Shown here one piece after another: positions 1 through 10,236 of a stretch of DNA of 41,722 nucleotides (position 1 is its first letter; each line of letters opens with the position of its first letter). Origin of the DNA: Licmophora abbreviata (Eukaryota); contig OLMU01000954.1 of assembly GCA_900291995.1 (NCBI GenBank), positions 1 to 41,722 of the forward strand, written 5' to 3'. The position numbers and the translations under genes are program-made. A model generated the notes under the pieces. The model made no database searches, had not been told where the DNA came from, and saw only the letters and a list, made by a program, of their open reading frames with translations.

Positions 1-33
1 CTCGACTCGACTCGACTCGACTCACTCACTCTC
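1..33. repeat. Short simple repeat (CTCGA)4 followed by CTCA units, probably truncated by the window edge
   Basis: Sequence reads ctcgactcgactcgactcgactcactcactctc. Confidence 0.8.
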
Positions 34-427
34 GCAATGAGCCCTTCAAAATTTGCAAATGTCATGACACTCGGAGTATCCTCTGTCATCCGTTGGGTCA
101 AGCATATGTCTACTAGTATTTTATGATTATCATTTATTCACACAGCGCCAAACTTTTCGAGGGGGTGCTCCGATCGGCTTTTTTTGTGAGAGAGCGTCTT
201 CATGAATTATACAATCGCCAAGAGCATGTCAGACCGCAGAACGGTGATGTTTCAATGTTTCATGTTTCGCATTTGATTTCATGTCGCCACTCCTCGTACT
301 GTGGCATTGCCCTTGAAACGGCTTCTGCAATCGACAACGCTGCCGATAGACAGAAATGAGAAGCAAACGAGACGATTCCAACAGATTACTACCTTTTCCT
401 GGAAGCCAAAGACAACCTGGGACTGCG

Positions 428-1666
428 ATGACTTCCCTCTCGGCAGCTTGTTTCTTGCTCCAGCTCCTCTTATGTATATGTGCAGTCACTGCCCAGCCGT
501 CCAGAGAGCATGTGACCAATAATTCGCAGGACGATTCCGAAAGTTCTCGAATTCGGATTCACAGTTTTCAGCTTGTCCTCGCGGAGACATCGACGCCGAT
601 CACCGCCACGCAGGAGCCAGAACTCCAGGAGATAGTGGAGACGCTTCTGTCGGATGCTGTACTACGAAGGCCGCTTCCTCACGGTACTTCACTGAGCTAC
701 CTATTGCTGCGAGATATTGAAAAGAACATCTTCTCGGGCGGTCGAGTGCGGAAGCTCTTTTCGAGCTCAATCATTGAGTTTGGAGGTGGTATCGCTTCGT
801 TCACCGGTGATGGCGCTCCTTCCAAGGCAGAACTTGAGGCGTGGATCGCAGAGTCACTTGAAGATGATCTCCCGACATCACTTCGAAGCGCCCCATCACA
901 GTCCTTTCCGGATGTTACGTCTGCTACGTACATCTCGTTGACGGCCCGCCCGACGCCAGCGACCAGCCCGACACCCTCTAGTGGGATCGAGCGTGGCGAT
1001 TCCCTCGTCGACGACAAGCTGAACATCCCATTGATTACCGGCGTCGCCGCTGCAGTCTTTGTTGCGCTCGTCGGAGCAATCGTTTTTCTTCTGGTTCTCC
1101 GTCGGCGGAGACGCGTGTCATCTGGCGCCTCACATTCCTCTGTCAAGGAAGACACGACAAAGTTGGACTCTTCGTATCACGCTGGAGATCACAACAATTT
1201 GTCCATGGACGAGTCGATCGACGGATCTGAGTTCACGTTGTCCACCACAGATCACACGATCAGATCTATGGCATCGCGTCGGTACACCCCAAGGAACGAC
1301 CTTTACAAGGTGGAATCTTTCGAATACGACCGAAAAGTGTCTCTGCACAAGGACACGCTACTCGTGTCACCTGCATGGGCGATGGAATCGCCAGCCAATC
1401 CCCATGAAACTCATAGCACCAACAACGATAGCGTCTTGGAGCCGTCGCATTTTGTTTCGGAGAATGAGTACGATCTCGATTCTCGGGTGACCGCCGACGA
1501 GGCCGATGGTGATAACACTGACTCTCCGTTTCTCTTTCAAGGTGGAGAAGGTGAAGAGGTTTATCTTATGTCAGCTCCGGGGGCGCGGAGTCGAAATGAG
1601 GCTAAGCTGGTATCGTACGATCTTGAACGAATTGATGAGAACGTAGCCGATCCTGCAGAGCTATAA
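428..1666 (+). CDS. Uncharacterised type I single-pass membrane protein (paralog A)
   Basis: Intronless ORF 356..1666. ATG 428 begins a signal peptide (MTSLSAACFLLQLLLCICAVTA). It is followed by a ~140-aa ectodomain, a P/T/S linker, a TM helix (IPLITGVAAAVFVALVGAIVFLLVL) with RRRRR stop-transfer, and a long acidic Ser-rich tail. Aligns by eye with 4649..6265. Confidence 0.8.
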   Translation: MTSLSAACFLLQLLLCICAVTAQPSREHVTNNSQDDSESSRIRIHSFQLVLAETSTPITATQEPELQEIVETLLSDAVLRRPLPHGTSLSYLLLRDIEKNIFSGGRVRKLFSSSIIEFGGGIASFTGDGAPSKAELEAWIAESLEDDLPTSLRSAPSQSFPDVTSATYISLTARPTPATSPTPSSGIERGDSLVDDKLNIPLITGVAAAVFVALVGAIVFLLVLRRRRRVSSGASHSSVKEDTTKLDSSYHAGDHNNLSMDESIDGSEFTLSTTDHTIRSMASRRYTPRNDLYKVESFEYDRKVSLHKDTLLVSPAWAMESPANPHETHSTNNDSVLEPSHFVSENEYDLDSRVTADEADGDNTDSPFLFQGGEGEEVYLMSAPGARSRNEAKLVSYDLERIDENVADPAEL

Positions 1667-2330
1667 GTCGGATCAGGGATGAGATTGTAGCGATATTGCT
1701 TGACGCGACTCGTGATCGAATGATTTTTGACTGCGGAAAAGGGCGAGCCGACAGCTGTATTCAAGACATTGGTAGGGAACCTACGATGAGCTTGTGTTGC
1801 GTGGTGCGTGCGTGCGTTCGCGGAATCGGAAACAGCCCACGCTGTTACACAGAGTCAAAACGTCGTACCGTGACGCCATGTGCGATGTTTCACTGTACAG
1901 GTACCTGGTACTGGTACCTATTCATCCTGCTCTCTTTGTTAGACACCTTATACTGCCTGGTTGACTGGCTGATGAGTCTTGCTATTAGAAACCTTATGCC
2001 GTCTCATTGACTGGCTGACATCTGTAAAATGTGAATAACAACTTGGCCACTCATGAGCACTGTAGAGCACTTGTACCTCTTAGCACTCCTCTCATCGAAC
2101 AACGTACTCTGAGACTTGCCCAGAATCAAACCTATCGCCTTCTGCTTTCTCACAACGGCTTTGGAATTGACTCATGACTCACTCGACTGGGATAAATTCG
2201 TCTGTATGAAATGTGGCGTGCGAGAAAGTAGACTAGGAAAACATGCAACACAAACAAACACGATGTGAAAGAAGCGAGAAGCGGGACGTGAGGAGTTGAG
2301 TGGCAACACGGCAACACACGGTACAAGATC

Positions 2331-4288
2331 ATGAAATACACTTCAACCCGCGATCATTCTATCTTGTTCTCGTTTGAAGGCGCCTTAAGCAGCGGGTACG
2401 CTCCGGACGGTGGACTGTTCGTCCCAGAGACACTCCCGTCCATTGACAGTGAACTTCTCATGGCTTGGTCGAAATTACCGTATCCTGAGCTGACAACGAG
2501 CATTCTCCGGCTTTTTGTTTCCAAGGATGAACTCTCCGATACGGAGCTATCCTCAATCTGTCGGTTGTCGTTCGAGGGATTTGACAATCCAAGTCAGGCT
2601 GTGCCGCTTCGAAAGGTCGGGTCCTTGTATGTTGCCGAATTGTTTCATGGCCCCACGTTCTGTTTCAAAGATCTAGGGTAGGTTCAAGATTACAAGTATA
2701 CGCGTACTCTATGTACGTCTGAATGCGACGACCTTACGTTAGAAAAGCGCGTGCACCTTCATGCTGTATCGACATCCGCCTCATGTTGTACTCTCCGTTG
2801 ACTGCATAGGCTGAGAACGGTGATCAACCTACTCTCTCACTTTTCGACGAAGCGGAACCGAAAAACCACTCTGTTGGTGTCTACCACTGGTGACACAGGA
2901 CCCGCTGCCGTACAAGCCGTTAGCGACGTTGGCAACCCACTGTTAACGATTCTTGTTCACTATCCCGACAAACAGATCAGCGAGTTTCAAAGAAGGCAAC
3001 TCACAACCGTCCTGTCACCGTGTGTTCGCGTTGCGGCTTTTGAAGGTGGAGGTGACGATATGGACTTGCCCATTAAGCGGATACTTACCTCTCACCCCAC
3101 AAGTGGGAAAACGGCGCAGCGAGCCCTCTGTGGCGTCAACTCGTACAATATCGGCCGACCGCTTCTCCAGATGGTTCATTTCGTGAGTGTCGCCGGGTTT
3201 CACATTGCTGACTTTGGTACACACTATTTTTGACACTTACAAAAACGCCCTGTCGCTGGCGCCTTGGCCCTCTAGGTATGGACTTACTTGCGCGTCATCG
3301 AGCAGCTTGGAGTAAAAGTCGGCGATCCTTGTAAGCACTTCATCCGTTTGCTAATGCCTGGGCAATCGAGGTGCCACTCACTGCGTGCGCTCTACACAAT
3401 GCATCCACTCACCGTTTTATGATACCTTTTTAACAGCCGTAAAGCTTGACGTCGTCCTTCCGACCGGGGCTATGGGCAATCTGATAGGAGGTCTCATGGC
3501 CAAGAGAATGGGAGTGCCACTAGGATTCCTATGTGCGGGTACGAATATAAACGACATAACCACTCGAGTCTTTGAGACTGGCAAGTATCACAAGAGTGAA
3601 TCCATGCACAAAACACTTTCGGAGGCCATCAATATTCAACTGGTACGTTTTGTGCGGCCCTTTGCGATAGACACCTGTACGTTTGATTTCTCAAAACGAA
3701 CCTTGCACGGAAATTGCCCTCATGCTTCGTTAGCCTTATAATTTCGAACGGCTGTTGTACTACCTTACCAGGGGTGACCATGCCCAAGTCCAGCGGTGGA
3801 TGTCAACTATCGATGCAACGAAGAAACTGGATTTTGACGCTTATTGGCTCGAGCGCATTCAGATTGAGTTTAGGGCGGCTAGGGTGACGGACGACGAAAT
3901 GTGTCTCACGACACGAACCGTTCTAAAAGAGCATGGCTATCTGGTGGATCCGCACACAGCTGTGGCCATCGCAGCAGCGGAGAAACTGGGCTATGGCATG
4001 TCAGACGAAAGTCGTCGTAGACCCGTGGCAGTCATGGCGACAGCGTCCCCGTCGAAGTTCGAGGAGTCAGTCACCGCTGCAGTAGGAGAGCGTGCTTGGA
4101 ACGAGTATGTGCAGCGCGACTTTCCAGAGCGAGCGAGAGAAACAATGACAGCAACTGAAGTTCCACCGACTGTCTACCCGTTTCGAAAGGGGTGCAACCT
4201 TGACGAAGTTCAACTCGTCTGGGAATCGATGGCGCGCCGCATCATTGAGGAGCTGGACCGCAGTGACGCAATTGAGCACGTGACCTAG
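2331..4288 (+). CDS. Threonine synthase-like PLP enzyme (class II fold, THNSL2-like), 5 exons
   Basis: Motifs MKYTSTR, GYAPDGGLFVP, ELFHGPTFCFKD (PLP Lys), TTGDTG, VNSYNIGR, LPTGAMGN, PYNFERL, DPHTAV, TASPSKF. Exons 2331-2677, 2810-3182, 3276-3330, 3437-3642, 3734-4288, all with GT-AG introns that preserve frame. Confidence 0.9.
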
Positions 4289-4648
4289 CTACATGTCGAG
4301 CAACAGTAACCGGTTGTCTCCTTATCCCTCTCCATGTAGTATGAGATGTATCGATGTACGATATCACAGCATGTCTCTCTTCTAGTGAGTGACACCTACC
4401 TGCAACATTTTCAATTCGTGCCTTCAGTTTCGATTTTTGGCGCGCCCACGAATAAAATCTCATAATGTATATACAGATACGTGGGTTATTTCTGACAAAT
4501 AACGGTTGTATACCTGAAAGTTGCAACTTTGACTGAAGATTTGAGACGGTCGTCGTCACAGTTCACTCGTGCGAAGGACGACAAGCACGCAAACACTCGA
4601 AGCAAAGCGACAAACCAGTGCCTTGAGTTCTCAGCAATCCTGGATGCG

Positions 4649-6265
4649 ATGAACGGGCAACCAAATTGTTCTTGGAGCACCTCAGAGTGGCCTCAGAGTA
4701 CCAGTACCATGGAAGCGTCGACAGAGCGTTATTCGAGAGGATCTGAGAGGGGCGACTCTTCAGGAGGGGCACAGACGAGAAGCTCCCGAGTTTGGCGCCT
4801 ACGACCATCGGGCTTCGTGTCGTCTACTCACTCACACTTTCGAGTATTTTCTGTCGTGATTCTCGGCCTTCTTCTCGCTGGGTCCACGGGCGTCACTGCA
4901 GAGCGTGTGCGTCTAGACGAGTTCACCCTGAAGATAAGCCCGGCTGAACGACCGTATACTGTGTACGAAGCGAAAGACATTCGGGATGTAGCCGAGGCGC
5001 TCCTGGAAGACTTCTTTACAGTTTATCAATGGGGAATCGGGATCAGCTATGTATATGCTGGTCTTGCAAGCGTTCGAAACATCACGTGGAGCTCCGAAGA
5101 CTCTTACAACCTTATTCACTTCAAAGGGGGGATTGTTGCGTTTGCCGATGACTCCGCAGAGACGCCTAGCAAAGAGTCGATTCAGGCAATGGTACAGCAC
5201 GTCTTGGATCCGCGGGACGGAGAGTCCTCAGAGCTACTAGACGCCTTGCAAGGAATTGATGAGTTCTCCTACATTCAGGAAATCGTCTACGAGCCCGTGG
5301 CAGTAGAATCGCCGTCAGAGGATCTGATCAACCCCGCCGACGAAGCGGATCCCCCAACGACGTCGGAATCGACTTCGTCCACTACGCCCTTGATTATTGG
5401 CGGGATTGCTGGAGGGACATGTTTCCTTGTTGTTGTTTTACTTCTTTCCTATAGGCATAGCCAGAGGAAGGCCTTCTGGCGTGAGGATATCCGGCACGAG
5501 CATCCAAAAGAGGATCTCGAGTCCCACGTCACCAAGGGCGGTCTACACGCAAGGGATAGTCTGAACCGAGATATGAGTGACGCTGCCTCTTCTCGATCGT
5601 CCCGCCTGGGAAGGCTCCTAGCTGCTGCTGTTCAAGGAGGTGGCGTCAATATACTGTCCTCAAATCGCAGCAACGAGACACCCCCGAGCATCTCCGACAA
5701 CTCGTCAGACGAAGACGAGTTCTCCGACTTCGACAACAAGACCGTGACCGTCGAACCCATAATCGTACCGATTACTCAGGTAGAAAGCTTTGAAGACCAA
5801 CGACGCCAGACAACGGTCAGGAAAGACATCCTGACGATGACAACGAACATGGAAGGCTCTGCCGATTGGAGGAATGTAGCGTCGCGTCCCTTGGGGTCAT
5901 CATCGAAGAGCGTTCTGTCGCCAACTGATACCTCGATCGCTGCTTTGCAACTCCAACCTACTAAGTCTCGCTTTGGTCCATGGAGCGATATGTCTTCGCA
6001 GGCGTCTCAGGATGGGCGATCGGACGGCGAGCAACTCGACTTTGTGCCTGACGTGACATGGGATTTCAACGACAACGATGGTGACAGTGATGCCGGGGTC
6101 ACTTATGACCCCTTTGACAGTCCGAAGGACACTCGTACGATCGATAAGAAAAAGCTTCTCTCTACCTCAAGGGGCACCTATCGATTGCAGGACATAACGA
6201 CTGGCGATATCGTTTCGCAGAAGAGGAGACACTCGACGTCGCCCACGCGGCCAGTTCTCACGTAG
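4649..6265 (+). CDS. Uncharacterised type I single-pass membrane protein (paralog B)
   Basis: Intronless ORF; first ATG at 4649, alternative at 4709. Hydrophobic signal-like segment VFSVVILGLLLAGSTGVTA, ectodomain similar to paralog A, TM helix PLIIGGIAGGTCFLVVVLLLSY, and a long Ser/Asp-rich tail. Confidence 0.75.
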   Translation: MNGQPNCSWSTSEWPQSTSTMEASTERYSRGSERGDSSGGAQTRSSRVWRLRPSGFVSSTHSHFRVFSVVILGLLLAGSTGVTAERVRLDEFTLKISPAERPYTVYEAKDIRDVAEALLEDFFTVYQWGIGISYVYAGLASVRNITWSSEDSYNLIHFKGGIVAFADDSAETPSKESIQAMVQHVLDPRDGESSELLDALQGIDEFSYIQEIVYEPVAVESPSEDLINPADEADPPTTSESTSSTTPLIIGGIAGGTCFLVVVLLLSYRHSQRKAFWREDIRHEHPKEDLESHVTKGGLHARDSLNRDMSDAASSRSSRLGRLLAAAVQGGGVNILSSNRSNETPPSISDNSSDEDEFSDFDNKTVTVEPIIVPITQVESFEDQRRQTTVRKDILTMTTNMEGSADWRNVASRPLGSSSKSVLSPTDTSIAALQLQPTKSRFGPWSDMSSQASQDGRSDGEQLDFVPDVTWDFNDNDGDSDAGVTYDPFDSPKDTRTIDKKKLLSTSRGTYRLQDITTGDIVSQKRRHSTSPTRPVLT

Positions 6266-6438
6266 ATACATAAGAAATTCTATTGCGCATATATAAAGTG
6301 ATCGTGTTGCTTTCGTGATTTATCGTTCCGTTATCGTAGCAGGTTTCTAGAATGTTCCATGCATGGCCCTCCCACCAGAGCGCAGAAATTGATCGCGAAA
6401 TGTATTCCAGTCGACGTATCCGAAGACTAACTATATCA

Positions 6439-7173
6439 CTACATGAAACGCGATTCAGCGTCGCACCGCTTTACTCCTTGCTGACCTGGCTTGGAGGGTC
6501 GAAAGGTAGAGCTCGGTGGATTTGCTCCGCTGCGAACTCCATTTTGCGGCATTTGCTCTTGTTGATGCTGGGGCAACCGGGACCGGGCTTTTTGAGAAAT
6601 CAGAGCCATGGAGTTAAGAGCTGCTCCACCAGTGTTGCTCATCAAGAGTTGAGCTGCTAAAGCATGTGGTCCATCCGGGTTGACTCCGATCGTGGAATCA
6701 GAAACACCTGCGCGACTGCTGGGCGTGGCCGCCATCAATGCGGCTCCCCAGAGAGCTGAGTTGACTTTCATCCCTGATGCAGCCTGGAGAGGGCTGAATC
6801 GTATAGGTAGGTGCGCTCGGAGCTGTTGGTTCTCGGCAAGAGCAACAGAAAGCTGTAGACGTAGAATGTCTTTGTCGTGTCGGAGGACGCGATTCTCGTT
6901 GGTGAGGTCACCAACAATGTTCTGGAGATCTTTGACGAGCTTCTTCCGGCGCTGGCGAGACTCAAGAGCCGAGCGACGATTGGCAGCACGCCGTTCTTCG
7001 ATTCTTTCGTCTTCAGTCAGATCTTCCTTACGTTTCTTTCCAGAGGTGCGTGACGATGCGTGAGCGACACCCAAGTCAGAAGAGTCTGCTGGATTGGAAT
7101 GGCGATCCTCGGCAGCGTCGCTCGTGCTCACAGCGCTCGTCCCTGCGACTTCCTCTCCCTCTTTCGAACGCAT
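6439..7173 (-). CDS. bZIP transcription factor
   Basis: Basic region RIEERRAANRRSALESRQRRKK followed by a leucine heptad (LVKDLQNIVGDLTNENRVLRHDKDILRLQL). First in-frame ATG is 7173; the start is uncertain. Confidence 0.85.
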   Translation of the reverse strand: MRSKEGEEVAGTSAVSTSDAAEDRHSNPADSSDLGVAHASSRTSGKKRKEDLTEDERIEERRAANRRSALESRQRRKKLVKDLQNIVGDLTNENRVLRHDKDILRLQLSVALAENQQLRAHLPIRFSPLQAASGMKVNSALWGAALMAATPSSRAGVSDSTIGVNPDGPHALAAQLLMSNTGGAALNSMALISQKARSRLPQHQQEQMPQNGVRSGANPPSSTFRPSKPGQQGVKRCDAESRFM

Positions 7174-7669
7174 CCGCTTTGTATCCTTGCACTGGTGTTC
7201 AGTAAGCTGCCTGACCTCTCCTTGATTGCTTGGATGGAATAACACCTTCGCAATTCTGATTGCAATGATTGATGTGATGATAAAATGATGTGATCGGACA
7301 TGGAAGGAAGCTGAAAGTGCCTGTCGCACGCAAGCACTCAGTGTACGCCGGACTTACCGAAGAACGTTCAACTTGAAGAGAATGTCCGGAAGAACCTCCC
7401 TCCTGTTCTCTCACACGTCACTATGACAGATGCATGGTTGTCACAGCGACAAACGACATTGCAGAGATTCACACACACGAGAGTGTAAAAGTTATGTCTT
7501 TCGACTACCGGTACCCAGGTAATATGAAGTGAGTCGAGTCTAGTAGAGTAAGTCTCTAGCTAGAAGGCAGTCCCCCGCGCTACCAGGCCACAGCGGCCGA
7601 GAATAGATAAGCCCTACCATAGCTGAAGGCCTGCAAGGCAAGTACGACAACTGGAGGGGTCAACGATCT

Positions 7670-9880
7670 TCATACAAGTACGTTCGTTCCGTACGCCGAA
7701 GTGGCTTCGTCAGGCCGAAGAAGTGGTGATACTTCACCTTCGCCACTGCACACCGATCCCTCTCTCTGCCGCTTCCAAAGCTGCGATGATCGCCGACGCT
7801 GTCTGCGGGATCGCCTCCCCTTTGTTAATGGGAAGGCTAGAAGGATTGTACAGAACAGGAGGCCGATGGAGCAGTAGACAGTCACCTTGTGTCTCTTGAG
7901 CAAGCTAAGGAAAGAGAGCGGTGGAGCAGAGAAACAGTGTCAGAGGTGACTTTCTACCGATTGGCAGTCAAACCAATCTCAAAGACACGTACCCTTCTAC
8001 GCGATGACACGCCGCAACATTTCCCATGCCCATGAATTCACAACAGCTATAGACGAGGCTTGTTTCCAGCCGTTCCGGCTGAGTGGGCATGTGCACGTCT
8101 GGGTCCGTCGACGGAGCGCCGCTTTCGGGCAGAAGAGTGCCACCGAGTGCGACACTCGGACTTCTTGCGATACCGCAAACGCCGACGACACCGTTTCCCC
8201 CTTCGCCTCGTTTCACTCGCACATAACCATTTTCTCCCCAACCTTTACCCCAACTGTGACGAAACAAAGAACGTTGTCGAACGATGAGCTTCGACCTTCT
8301 TTACGAGCGACACCGCGACAAGGGGCAGTGTTGCAAGTGTGACTTACCTGTTGCGTGCAATCCAGTACCTCACCTGTTCCAACACGACCGACAGATGATA
8401 GCGCCGTTGGTTATATCGCATGGAGCACTAACTCTCAATTCGCAGACATAGCAGGTCACGAGATCACACGACTCACCAATTCTCCACTCTCGTTTTGCTC
8501 CTGTCCATATCCAACGACCAGAAGAGCATGATTGGCCACTTGGTCGCACTCCGCGCTATCAAAAACACCACCCTGATACGAAAGAAACTTAGGGTCGGCT
8601 CCATTCACTCCTACAGCTACAGGACCAATGTATCGCAACACCAACTCCATGTTGTTTTCGTGATTGGGTGTGAGGACCCCCCAGCTCTCTACCGTCGCAA
8701 TGGGACTCGATACTCGTTCCACCTTGCACAGTTGCTGCTCACCGACATATGGATACTTGTTCATGGAAGTCAAACCAAATCGATGGATGAAGTAAAACGC
8801 CAACAATGGATTTCCTCCTGTGCATCCCTGGTCCGCGTACGTATCACAATCGATCAACTCCTGCACCGACAAGTCGGCAATCTGAATGGACTCGAGCTCA
8901 GCTGCCTGTGCGATCTTCACTGACTCATCCTTTGTCTCCTGTTCGTCTGGGCTTCCACCGTTTTGTACATGCTTTGTATAAGTCTGAAAGGCGATTCGTC
9001 TGACAGCACTGGCTTCGAGCGTTCCCGTGGCACTGAAAGCCCAACATGATCCACACGCGCCTTGATCCGACACGTTGTGCACAATTGGAACACCGTCGGG
9101 ATTGTCGGCTGTTGCCCAATTCAAGTATGTATCGAAAGTTTGCTCGCTAGGAAGAAAAGAGGTAGCGTTTGAGACCAGCAGGTGTGGGGTGTTGGCTCCA
9201 GAGTCGTCCTGGCCACGAACGCCAGTGCTGTTCGAGTCGGAGCCATCCATCTGTGGGAACTGATTTCGTGGGGGTTCGAGAATCGCATTGTGCTGTTTAC
9301 GATAGCGATTTGACTTGCGGTGATCAATATCACGCACATATCCCACATGCTCGCCCATGCTTAGCATGGAAGATGCTGCTGCTTGGATAGATGCATGGTC
9401 GTGCAATCGTTTGACTACGAGTCCATCAAGTCCCGGCACTATTTTGGTCTCCCAGTCGTCAGTTTCCCATAGATATTGCCAGTCATCCTCCGACGTATGC
9501 AGCGGTACAGTATCTACATCAGTAAACTGGTTGAGTCCAATAGAGTGCGATTTCTGCTGTAGGCGACAACCCTTGCAATTGTGTTGGTGCACTAGGGCGA
9601 CGTTGGATAGGAATCTGTCAAGGCGTCGTCCAACCCGAGCATATTTCCCAGACTCATCCAGCCAGAAGGAGTCAGTTTCAGCATCCCATTCGCGTCCGTA
9701 GTGTATGGAGAACTCTTGAAACAGACGTTGACAAGCTTCGTCTTTTTCGGATGCACCAGTCCGGAAGTCGGCGACTGATGAGTCTTGCAAATCTTGACGC
9801 CAAAGTACGTGGGCGACCAGGTTCGACGCGGCGCACGACTCGAACAGCTCCCGCTCACATTCAAAGGGTTTATCTGTCAT
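7670..9880 (-). CDS. Papain-family (C1A, cathepsin L-like) cysteine protease with C-terminal TM anchor, 4 exons
   Basis: I29-like prodomain (RLDRFLSNVALVHQHN, GLNQFTD), QGACGSCWAFS (Cys), LSVQELIDCD, GCTGGN, NHALLVVGYG (His), YWIARNSWG (Asn). Exons 9880-8477, 8373-8348, 8253-7993, 7904-7670. Confidence 0.9.
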
Positions 9881-10236
9881 GGCACTCTTACCCAGGAGGC
9901 ACAAGGAGGGAGAAGGTTCACCGAAAGGCTACCGTATACCGCTGCTTCCTGCTTCACTCGTTGTCGAAGTTGATACCGGTACCGGTCGGTACCGGATATG
10001 ATAGTCTAAAATCTACAATAGCAAGTCCTTTCGCTCTTTGGTCTGACCGTTCTCCGCTGTGCGATGGTTATGATACCTGGGCACCATTGCAACGGACTCA
10101 ACGTCAAGACCAATCCCTATTGTTTGATTCGAAGCAGCAGCTACATGGTATTGCTGGACGACAGGGCCACTGGTTCTGCTACGAGTAGCTAACTATATCA
10201 CTTGTTGTCTAGTACAGGGCTGATCCGATAGCTTTC

